Shown here in pieces: positions 53,028 through 64,000 of a DNA stretch of 64,000 nucleotides. This DNA comes from Octopus vulgaris (taxonomy: Eukaryota). Below the pieces are notes generated by a model that saw only the letters and a program-made list of their open reading frames with translations, had not been told where the DNA came from and ran no database searches. The position numbers and the translations under genes were made by a program. The stretch is taken from positions 22,940,001-23,004,000 of the forward strand of contig OX597818.1 in NCBI GenBank assembly GCA_951406725.2. The letters run 5' to 3'. Positions within the stretch are counted from its first letter, which is position 1. Every line of letters starts with the position of its first letter.

Positions 53028-53284
53028 GTATAAGAAGGGATGACCACTAAGTGGAATCCAATATGCTAGAAATAGATCACATATGATCTAACCACAAAGA
53101 AAATGTTCTCTAGAAAAATTCAGCAAACACCAGAACATAAGCGGGCAAGACAAATGAAAATATACAAAATAAAGAATTAATCGTAGACCGGTTTCGCCAT
53201 TAACGACTTTTCTTTGTGGTTAGATCGTAGGTGATCTATTTCTAACATATTGGATGTCCACTTGGTGGTCATCCCTTCGTATAC
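53028..53284. repeat. Inverted repeat, ~76-bp arms with ~105-bp spacer
   Basis: 53028-53103 pairs with 53208-53284; the spacer carries a hammerhead half (GAAA-CCGG-TC, minus strand 53186-53195). Confidence 0.85.
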
Positions 53285-53411
53285 ACATATATATATATCA
53301 TATATATGTATTAGTTAATCCAAAGAAGAAAGCACAAAAAAACACAACAACGCGAGGACGTGGAACAAATATAGTATTATTGGACGCTCAGGAGAGAAGG
53401 AAAGAAGGAGG

Positions 53412-53446
53412 GTTTAACGTTTCGAGCGGAACTCTTCGTCGGAAAC
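53412..53446 (-). ncRNA. Minimal hammerhead-like fold, variant core
   Basis: Minus strand GTTT-CCGACGA-a-GAGT-tcc-GCTC-GAAA-CG-TT-AAAC; a truncated copy of the same family lies at ~49366-49440 (+). Confidence 0.58.
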
Positions 53447-53542
53447 ATAGGAGAAGGAAAGATCCAGAGAAGGGAAGACAGAGGAAAACAAATCGCCAAC
53501 GGTACACACGCGGTCACATTACATATATACATACATACATAC

Positions 53543-53583
<41 letters not shown>

Positions 53584-53585
53584 TG

Positions 53586-53631
<46 letters not shown>

Positions 53632-53633
53632 TG

Positions 53634-53675
<42 letters not shown>

Positions 53676-53895
53676 TATGTGTGTATATATATATATATGT
53701 GTGTGTGTATATATATGTGTGTATATATATATGTGTGTATATATATATGTGCATATATATATGTGTGTATATATATATGTATATGTATATATATATATGT
53801 GTGTATATATATATATATATGTGTATATATATATATATATGTGTATATATATATATGTGTGTGTATATATATATATATATGTGTATATATATGTA

Positions 53896-53972
<77 letters not shown>

Positions 53973-53974
53973 GT

Positions 53975-54009
<35 letters not shown>

Positions 54010-54522
54010 GACCACAAATGAAATAGCCAAATACGACAGCTTTAAGATTGTTTGTTCGTCATATACGAGTGTCTGGTGTGTAGTTGTGCGTATGCCAAGC
54101 AGAGTAATGAGATGTAATACGAGGATACGAGTGTAACAGTATATTTAGAGTACAGTGCATACGGCTCCGGTGTGTATAAAATTCGTTCAAGAAACTGCAG
54201 CTTTTGATAAACACATGCTGTTCTCTTAATGACTATGTAGATTAAATACACATGAGAAGGTTCTCAGTATGTACCTGTGTCTACTTGTATATGGGTGTCT
54301 ACAGATGTGCGTGCGTGTGTTTATGTCCGTGTGTTTAGATGTAAGAGTATGTGGGCGTGCGTATTTTTAACTGCTTCAATGTGTATTAACATGTGAATAT
54401 ATACAAACACCTTTATTTGTTTGCCTATCTTTCTATCTCTCTCTCTATCTCTCTATCTATCTATCTATCTATCTATCTATCCATCCATCCATCCATCCAT
54501 CCATCCATCCATCCATCTATCA

Positions 54523-54655
<133 letters not shown>

Positions 54656-55253
54656 CTTTCTTCCATTTCTGCTTTGTCTTTTGTTTTTTTCCTTTCAAAT
54701 ATTTTCTTCGTCTCTTTTCCTCTTTCTTCCTTCTTTGTTTTCGATATTGGTTTCAAATTTTGGCACAAAGCCATAAATTTTTAGGAGAGGAAGAAGTCGA
54801 TTACATCGAGCCTATGCTCAACTGGTACTTTTTTAATCGACCACGGTGAAATTTCAACTCAGAACGTAAAGACGGACGAAATGCCGCTAAGCATTTTGTC
54901 CGGCGTGCTAAGGGTTCTGCTGGTTCGTCGCCTTACAGAAGTAATAATATATATTGATAATTTTTTAACTCTGGGACAATGCCACACATTCTGAGGAAGA
55001 GACAGTCCTTTCTCTCGACCATAGCTGACACACACACACGCACACATATACTCGTTTCAGTCATTTGACTGTGGCCATGCTGGATCACCGCCTCAAAGAG
55101 TTTTTAGTTGAACAAATCGACCCGAAGACATATTCTTTGTAAGCCTAGTACTTATTCTGTCGGTCTCTCTTGCCGAAGTTACAGGGACGTAAACACATCA
55201 ACATCGGTTGTCAGCAAACACAGACAAAGACTCATAAATATATTCATACATAC

Positions 55254-55297
<44 letters not shown>

Positions 55298-55382
55298 GGA
55301 ATTTACAAAAAACAAAAGACGAAGACAGGTGTGTAAACAACAAGCAAGTTTATTAGTTTAACGCTCGGTAAGGTGAGAATGT

Positions 55383-55418
55383 CTTTTACGTTTCGAGCCT
55401 ACGCTCTTCAACAGAAAG
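55383..55418 (-). ncRNA. Minimal hammerhead-like fold, variant core
   Basis: Minus strand CTTT-CTGTTGA-a-GAGC-gtag-GCTC-GAAA-CG-TA-AAAG. Confidence 0.55.
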
Positions 55419-55478
55419 GAACATGAGAAAATAAACAGTGAGAATAAAAAAAAGCTTTAGTGCTAGCGGTCAATCATT

Positions 55479-55533
<55 letters not shown>

Positions 55534-55540
55534 GTGTGTG

Positions 55541-55864
55541 TGAAGGCGCGTGGCTTAGTGGTTAGGGCATTCCGCTCACGAAAGTAAGGTTGTGAGTTCA
55601 ATTCCCAGCGGCGCGTTGTGTCCTTGAGCAAGACACTTTATTTCTCGCGTTACTCCAGTCCACTCAGCTGGCAAAAATGTGTAGTACCTGTATTTCGAAG
55701 GACCAGCCTTGTCACACTATGTGTCATGCTGAGTCTACCTGAGAACTACGTTAATAGTACACGTGTCTGTAGAGTGCTCAACCACTTGCGCTTGCACTTT
55801 CACGAGCAAGCTGTTCCGTTGATCGTATCAGCTGGGACCCTCGTCGTCGTAACCGACGGAATGC
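55541..55864 (+). mobile_element. SINE family C copy
   Basis: A-box TGGCTTAGTGG, B-box GAGTTCAATTCC, body GTGTCCTTGAGCAAGACACTT, tail ACCCTCGTCGTCGTAACCGACGGA. Confidence 0.9.
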
Positions 55865-55897
55865 TCATTATATATATATATATTTAAAATTTGAATT

Positions 55898-55980
55898 ACT
55901 GTACTGATGAGGAGAATGAGTGAATAGAAATATGGTTTTACATTTTTTACATCTCTCTAACTCAGAAACGCGTATACAGT
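55898..55980 (+). ncRNA. Type I hammerhead ribozyme fold, canonical core
   Basis: ACTGTA-CTGATGA-gGAG...CTCa-GAAA-CGCG-TA-TACAGT: 6-bp stem I, CUGAUGA/GAAA core, palindromic stem III, GUA cleavage triplet. Confidence 0.75.
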
Positions 55981-56421
55981 TCGTAAGAGCCGGGTAGATT
56001 CATTATTTTTTCTCTTTACCTGCGTGAGTTGTTGAGTATTGCTGTCTGGGTGATATCTTATAGAAGTAGATAGTAGTTTTTAACTGCTATTTCTAAATTT
56101 CAGTATGTGGTGAAGCGCTATAGCAGAAGAGATTTGCCCAAAGTGCCACACAGTGGGACTGAACGCGGAATCTTGTGGTTGGGAGGCAAGTTTCTTATCT
56201 CATAGCCACGAAGTCAATATATACAATGATCTTCAATTGCTCAAGACCGTAATTGTAATTAAGATTACAATTGCTACAGACAAAGTGAAAGAGTAATTAG
56301 TTAATAGAAAGTTCATCCGTTTAACTGAATTTATATCGCTATAATTTTCCTTCTCTTTCAGTTGCATTAACTGCTGTTAGCTTTACGTTAACTTTAACCT
56401 CTCACTCTCTTCTCTCTCGCC

Positions 56422-56557
<136 letters not shown>

Positions 56558-56849
56558 ATGTGTGTGTGTGTGTGTGTGTGTATTTAAAACCCTATGTCAT
56601 TTCTATTTTACACTTTCTCTTATTTGTCTGATTTGTTCCATACTCAAGTAAACCCTGTCATTTATGACAGGTACTATGATAGTGTTTGTGCATCTGCATA
56701 TATTTATATACATATATGTATACACACAGTTTTCATTTTCTAATGGATGCATACATACATACATTGCTGGCTTTATACCAACTTGCTGGCTTTATACCAA
56801 AATTGCTGGCTTTTACTAAAATTTGAAATCAATATACTTTCGAAGTTTT

Positions 56850-57380
56850 AAGAAGACATCACGCATGTGATTAGCAGCTGTCCTAAAATGTTGTCACGGT
56901 ACTACCTCCCTATGCGGCACGATGTTGTTGCTAAAACAATTTACAATGCCATCCGCATAAAAAGACTGTCCTGAAATAAACTTAGTAAATCCCTCTGTTA
57001 TGGAATACGTTCATAAACACCGACTCTGTCAAATATAAACGTAACAAGCCGGATATTTTTGTTTGGGATAGAGGGGCAAAGGGATATACCATCATAGAGG
57101 TCAGCTGCCCTGCAGATATAAATATCTCTTTGAAAAGCAAAGAAAAAGAGGATATCTATGGACAACTGCTCCGAAACCTCTAGCCTCTATATCCAGACTA
57201 TGAATTCATATTCATACCAGTAATAATTAGAGAACTAAGTTTTGTTAGTAAATACTTAGAGGAGAATCTAGATAAAGTGGGATTTTCAAAAAGAGAAATC
57301 TACCGGCCAATTCGTACATTATAAGTGCAATCTGTGAATGGCACAGTAAAAATATGCAAGACTTTACTCAAGTTCCAAAT
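56850..57380 (+). mobile_element. R4/Dong-like (restriction-like endonuclease) non-LTR 3' fragment
   Basis: Manual translation EDITHVISSCPKMLSRYYLPMRHDVVAK...NKPDIFVWD...IIEVSCP...KEKEDIY: zinc-finger H/C, RHD motif and PD-(D/E) nuclease, with stops and frameshifts. Confidence 0.82.
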
Positions 57381-57551
57381 GCGAATTTGCCTGTGTTTAT
57401 TACATCCCAAAGATGGAACTTTGTATCTTTGTTGGAAACCAGCTCCCTCCTCAGTGAAAGATTTATGATAATTGAAAAATAGAAGAGACATACATACATA
57501 CACACACACATATATATATATATACACACGCTCAAACATACATACATACAT

Positions 57552-57613
<62 letters not shown>

Positions 57614-57995
57614 CATGTATATAGTGATTAAGAAAATGTAATAGGAAAATAATGTTATCTATGTATCTGTATATTCACCAAAACCCATGTACCATATTAT
57701 CTACACTAGTAGCATAGTTCCCATCGCACATTTATTTGGTAATATTCCTTAAATTTCATCTTGCTCCCTCACCGCAAACCTACAGGTAATTCAATAAAGT
57801 ATTTTTCCAGCAAACACATCTGGCAAGTCTTCGCAAAAAACCACTCACCGTGAACCTTTATATTGAATTTACTATAACATTAATCCTCACGATTAAGTAT
57901 AGGGCTTCTTTACCCTTTTTTTCAAAAAGGATACGGGGAGTACTGAACATTATAAAACCGCCATCACTCCTCACCATACTCCACAACACAGCAAG

Positions 57996-58057
<62 letters not shown>

Positions 58058-58179
58058 TCTCAGACGCACGCACGCAAATACCATAACTTGACTCATCTCA
58101 CCTCATATTTCTTTCTGAAGAGATATAAATTTTTCTTATATTTCACCTGTCTTAATTTTATTTTTTATCATACCTATCC

Positions 58180-58251
<72 letters not shown>

Positions 58252-58546
58252 GCCAACCTCTTTGTTATTTTCTCTTCCCCTCTCTGTCATTTTGTGTATA
58301 AGTGTGTGTGTGTGTGTGTTCGCGCCCGCATGTGTATGATGTATACACGCAAAATTATACATACATGCATGCTCACAAATACACACATATATGCAGGCAT
58401 ATATTTAGATATAAATATATATATATATATACACATACATACGTATTTATATGTGTATGTCTGTATGAGTGTGTGTGCGTGTATCTCTATGTGCATACAT
58501 ACATATATACATATACATGTGTATGTATACGTATGTATGTATATAT

Positions 58547-58673
<127 letters not shown>

Positions 58674-59135
58674 TATATATATATATGTGTGTGTCTATGC
58701 ATGTGTATATATGACCGTGTGTACATGTGTGTATGCACACACACACACGAAGAAATTGAGAGAGAGAGGGGGGTGAGATAGAGTGTGAGAAACAGAGAGA
58801 GGGGAGAGATTTTACGCTGCTAGACTTCCTTCTGCTTCACTTCATCCAAATGTTCCCCACCCACCCCTGATATTCTATACCCCATACATTTTGCCATACC
58901 AAACTGTTGGATGGCACATGGTATATACATAGATATTTAACTATAAAATACTACCACACACCACACCGTACAATGTACTATATAATACGATACTACTGTG
59001 TTACTGCTATTACTTTGTAGATCCTAACTTTAGCCCTAAATGTATAGATCTATGACGAGGGGCTTTCTGGCCTTGACCTTCCCGCCTTTCTAAAGAGATA
59101 TTTATGTTCGCAATATATAGTCTTTTCATTATTTA

Positions 59136-60045
59136 AGGCGACGAGCTGGCAGAATCGTTAGCACGCTGGGCAAAATGCTGTGTGGCATTTCGTCCGTCTT
59201 CTCGTTCTGAGTTCAAATTCTTCCAAGGTCGACTTTGTCTCTCATCCTTTCGAGATCGATAAATGCAAGTACCAGTTGAACACTGGGGGCGATGTAATCG
59301 ATTTAGTCCCTTCCCCTAAACTTGCTAGACATGCTCCAAAATTTGAAACCAATATATAGTCTTTTCTTTATTCAAGATGCTAGGATGTGATGTGCGGGAG
59401 ATTTGAATGCTATTTCCAGCGGTTCTAACGGCTATTCAGAGGCCCCATCGTCGGTTCTAGGATAATGTATTGGAGAGTGGTGCATTGTGGTACATGATAT
59501 GGCATTTATATTGTGTATGTATAGTATAGGGTGGCGAGCTGGCAGAAACGTTAGCACGCCGGGCGAAATGCGTAGCTGTATTTCGTCTGCCGTTACGTTC
59601 AAATTCCGCCAAGGTCGACTTTGCCTTTCATCCTTTCGGGGTCGATAAATTAAGTACCAGTTACGCACTGGGATCGATGTAATCGACTTAATCCGTTTGA
59701 CTGTCCTTGTTTGTCCCCTCTGTGTTTAGCCCCTTGTGGGTAGTAAAGAAATAGGTATTTAGTCTGTCACTACGTTTTGAGTTCAAATTCTGCCGAGGTC
59801 GACTTTGCCTTTCGTCCTTTCGGGGTCGATAAATCAAGTGCCGGTGAAACACTGGGGTCGACTAGTCCCCTCCTCACAAATTTCAGGTCGTGTGACTATA
59901 GTAGAAAGGATTATATTTTGTATGTATGGTATAGGGCGGCGAGCTGGCAGAATCGTTAGCACGCCAGGCAACTAGGGGCGATGTAATCAACTTAACCCCT
60001 CCCACGAACTTGCTGACCTTGTGCCAAAATTTGAAGCCATTACAT
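59136..60045 (+). mobile_element. Cluster of four SINE family B units
   Basis: Repeated GGCGAGCTGGCAGAA(T/A)CGTTAGCACG...GAGTTCAAATTC...GTCGACTTTGCCTTTCATCCTTTCGGGGTCGATAAA with differing tails. Confidence 0.88.
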
Positions 60046-60354
60046 TGTATGGTGTGGACGGTGTACTTTATGTACGCTGACTGTGTTAAGGTGTGTTATT
60101 TCATGGTAGGTGGGAAATGTGGCCGAATGGTTTAAGATGGTATGTTGTCGCACAGCTCACCATAGCACTTCATACCATGAAGTATCATACACCGTACCAT
60201 TTCATATTTCATCATGCATTATCACATCATATTACACCTCTCTATGCTACATCACACTACCTGGTAAAAAGTTAGACACAGGCACGGCTGTGTGTTTTTT
60301 GGGTAAGTCTTTCTGCTATAACTCCAGGCCGACCAAAGTTATTGTGAGTGAACG

Positions 60355-61494
60355 ACAGAAGTAAATAAACCCGCTTATAATCGTTAAAATTTATTTGGAT
60401 CTGAAATTATACATTCAGATTATTTATTATTATAATGTGAATACCTAAGATTTAGTGGACATACCTTTTGCTTTTTTAAATGCAAGGACCCTATTAGGCA
60501 TGATACTGATCAGATAACAAATATTCTCTTGAGGAATTTCTTGCCAAGTTTCATGCAGTAATGTCGAAAGATCTGGATTTGAGGATGTTTTCTTGTTCTT
60601 TTTAAGAAGAGTCCTATCCATTATGCCCCAGAGGTGTTCAATAGGGTTCATATCTGGTAACTGACTTGGCCATGTAAGTTTTTTAATGTTATTCTCTTCC
60701 ATCCAATCTTGGGTCTTTTTAGCCGTGTGACAAGGAGCCCCATCTTGCATAAATAAAGAGCCTTCTTTAATCATTTCACCACTGGAGGAGATTAGAAGGA
60801 GTCCTTTCTGTAATATGGCTACATATTTATCTGAGTTTATGTTTCCCTCATACTCCACCAGCTCTGAGCGACCATTGCTCCAAATTGCTTCCCAGACCAT
60901 CACAGAATAGCCGTTTTGTTTCTTTGTTGGCTGCCATCTATTCACGCCAAATTCTTGATCATAGAGTCTCCAGACTCACACTCAACCACTGTCAGAAAAT
61001 ATAGCAAACCTGGACACATCAGAGAATATGACGGTGTCCCCAAATGCTAGCGGCTTCTCCACCATCTCATTGGCCCAGTCTTTTCTCTGCTTGATATTGG
61101 CTGATCTAAGAAGTGGCTTCTTTCTCCTTGCTCTGTCATAGCTGTGAAGTGTGTGGAGGGTCAACCTGGACGAGGTGATGTGAACTCCTTCCCCACTCTG
61201 GTGAATTGCACATTCGTTCTATTAACTGTAGAAAGCAGGATCCCAAGGTTTTCTGCGATTTTATGCTAAGTCCACCTTCAGATTGACCCACAATACGGCC
61301 TCTTCGAAATTCGGACAGTTCCAAGGCTTCTTTTGTACGTAGCATGATTAAACAGTCACATATAGAATCTGAAACATAAAAAATGTCAATTAATAAAAAA
61401 AATATAAACTGTTAAAATAACCATAAAAGTTAAAAGTTGAAATAATCATAAAACAATGTTTTATGGGTGTCTATTTACTTCTGTTATATCTGTG
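60355..61494 (-). mobile_element. Tc1-like DNA transposon, transposase pseudogene, nested in a SINE
   Basis: ELSEFRRGRIVG, ARRKKPLL, VIFSD, SVMVW, FMQDGAPCH, WPSQLPDMNPIEHLW. Partial TIR ACAGAAGTAAATA at both ends; halves of a family-A SINE flank it. Confidence 0.9.
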
Positions 61495-62192
61495 TATATG
61501 TATTTGTGTCTGTCGCCCTTCTTACCACTTGAAAGACGGTGTCGGTTTGTTTACGTTCCCGTAACTTATGGTACGGCAAACAGATCGATAGATTAAGCCC
61601 TAGATTAAGAAAAAAGGAAAAAGGAGTACCGGAGTCCAGTTTTTCGACTAAAAACCTTCAAGGTGGTGCCTCAGTATGGCCGCAGTCCAATGACTGATAC
61701 AATTAAACGATAAAAGATGCATACTCTACTTCACCACGTCACATTGTCATAGCGCAGCATATGATACTTAACCGTACCCCACCACATTACAAGCATAACA
61801 CACCACTTCACACCATGTCACACAATACCACAAAATATCACACTACACTACAGCATACCATACCGTACCATACATGAAATCATACTATACTATATACTAT
61901 GCCACATCATCCAATAACAAGTCATATCACCAAAACACCAGACCCTATTCTGTTATCACGTTTCAGCACTCCCTCCTCACGTCTCCACCTCTGACATGGG
62001 GAACAGCGAAATCATTAACAGTAATACAAAGAAAAAGAACAGCAGCAGCAGCAGCAGATACATAAAGACTAATAACATCACAAACGATCCAACAATAATC
62101 AATATTTGATTAGAACATCGTAATTACTTGCCTTCTTTATTGGCCAATTAAGTTTCCTCAGCCCATGCCATATATGGCCATGGATCCACTGA

Positions 62193-62226
<34 letters not shown>

Positions 62227-62227
62227 A

Positions 62228-62308
<81 letters not shown>

Positions 62309-62421
62309 GCCTGTTTGTCTGACTATATATTTGTGTACGTATCTTTGTATGTACGTATATATGACTATATGATAAGTGTGTGTGTGTGTGTGTGTGTGTA
62401 GATATGCATATATGTATGTGA

Positions 62422-62582
<161 letters not shown>

Positions 62583-62671
62583 GTAGAGTGACATACACAC
62601 GCACACACACACACACATATATGCATAATACATTTATGTATATTATACATATAGATATATAGGTACATACG

Positions 62672-62720
<49 letters not shown>

Positions 62721-62938
62721 CAGAATTTTATCGGTGTTTAGTAAATAATTCATTAATTTGAGTGACTCGTGGTTAAATGGTACTAAACAACATCGACAGC
62801 AACATCTCACGTTGAAACCATGCTAGAACTGAACTCAGAATCCGACAAATCCTTACATGCACCTAAAGATAGCATGGCTGTCCTACTGGAAGTGAAATTA
62901 AATAATATGGCATAAAATACATTCGATCATGCATCATA

Positions 62939-63385
62939 TGCACAGACGTGGCTATGTGATAAGACGTTTCCTTGTCAACCACATGATTCCGAGTTCAGTC
63001 ACACTACGTGACACCTTGGGCAAGTGTCTTCTCATATAGCCTCCAATAAACCAAAGTCTAGTGAGTCGATTTGGCAGGCAGAAACTCCAAGAAGCCCGTC
63101 ATATACATACATGCATACATGTGTGTGTGTGTGTGTGTGAGTGTGTGTCTTTGTCTTTGTTTCTGTTTTTGGCCTCCGTCACCGCTTGACAACCGGTATC
63201 GGTGTGCTTACGCCTCCGTAACCTGACGTTTCGGCAAAAAGACCGATAAAATAAGTGCCTGTTTCAAAAAGAAAGCTGAAAACAAGTACTGGTAGCGATA
63301 AGTTCGACTAAAAATTCCTCGGGGTGGTGCCCCAGCATGGCTGCAGTCTAAGGACGGAAACAAGTAAAAGATAAAAGATATAAAA
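62939..63385 (+). mobile_element. SINE family A, diverged copy
   Basis: GAGTTCAGTC, ACCTTGGGCAAGTGTCTT, CCAGCATGGCTGCAGTC...AAACAAGTAAAAGA. Other partial copies at ~1760-1960, 3240-3330, 8112-8268, 14440-14655, 55052-55230, 61500-61715. Confidence 0.85.
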
Positions 63386-63853
63386 ATATCAGTAAAGTCA
63401 CGCGTCAAACATTGGAGCGGTACAGCTGGTGACTAGCAATGGAAGCAAGCCAACGAGGAAGCCACCGCTTTTGTAATTCTTAATGTTAGAACTGCTGCCC
63501 CCCTTAGAAGGGCTGGAAGGGGCATTGGAAGGCAAGGGCTGTTGAGTACGGGTTGAGGATGTAAAGGGTGTCGAGATGACGAGAAGGGGACGTTTGAAGG
63601 TGCAAGAGGTATTAAGGGGTGTAAAGGGCGCTGAGGAGGCAAGAGGTGTTGAGGGGGCAAAAGGTATTGGGGGGGGGGGAAGTATTGAAGGAATTGGGGG
63701 TTTCGAGAGGAAAGGCGTTAGGGGATAGAAGCAAAGAAAACAAATTAGTAGCTGCTCGTAAAACTGTCACCCACGTTAAGCGCTGTGGCAATGTGATCTT
63801 ATTTCTTGAATAATATAAAATAAATAAATGATGATATATCTGTGCGTGCGTGC

Positions 63854-63930
<77 letters not shown>

Positions 63931-64000
63931 TGAATATAACTGAGGCACAATAAAATCGTAAAATCTCACGACGAAATCTTACCAGTGCAGTATTGAGTAT

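Noticed and set aside
55541-55610. tRNA gene candidates from A/B boxes
   Set aside because: They are SINE heads continuing into repeated bodies; no complete cloverleaf was evident.
56764-56820. Three ~19-bp direct repeats (TTGCTGGCTTT...) as a CRISPR-like array
   Set aside because: Tandem copies with no spacers, derived from a SINE-B-like tail in eukaryotic DNA.
63750-63965. CTCGTAAAA and CAATAAAA posterior-Hox-like motifs
   Set aside because: Short AT-rich motifs expected by chance; no independent support.

Overview
Eukaryotic, AT-rich, microsatellite-saturated intergenic or intronic DNA. The repeat landscape resembles a cephalopod (Octopus-like) genome; this is inference, not a database match. 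No host protein-coding exon could be supported, and nearly all listed ORFs are microsatellite translations. The window holds one near-complete L1/Tx1-clade LINE (~24.43-30.21 kb: zinc-knuckle ORF1 broken by a 1-nt frameshift, open 1144-aa APE-RT ORF2) and an internally deleted relative (~34.7-36.1 kb). It also holds three decayed Tc1/mariner elements, a pogo-derived element, several MITEs with TIRs/TSDs, fragments of RTE, CR1-like, R4/Dong and Penelope retroelements, and many copies of at least four tRNA-headed SINE families. The most notable hidden structure is a dispersed set of minimal type I hammerhead-ribozyme folds, with canonical and variant cores and palindromic stem III, in several short Penelope-like families. 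One sits behind a tRNA-like Pol III head. One SINE family also shares its 3' tail with the Tx1 LINE.
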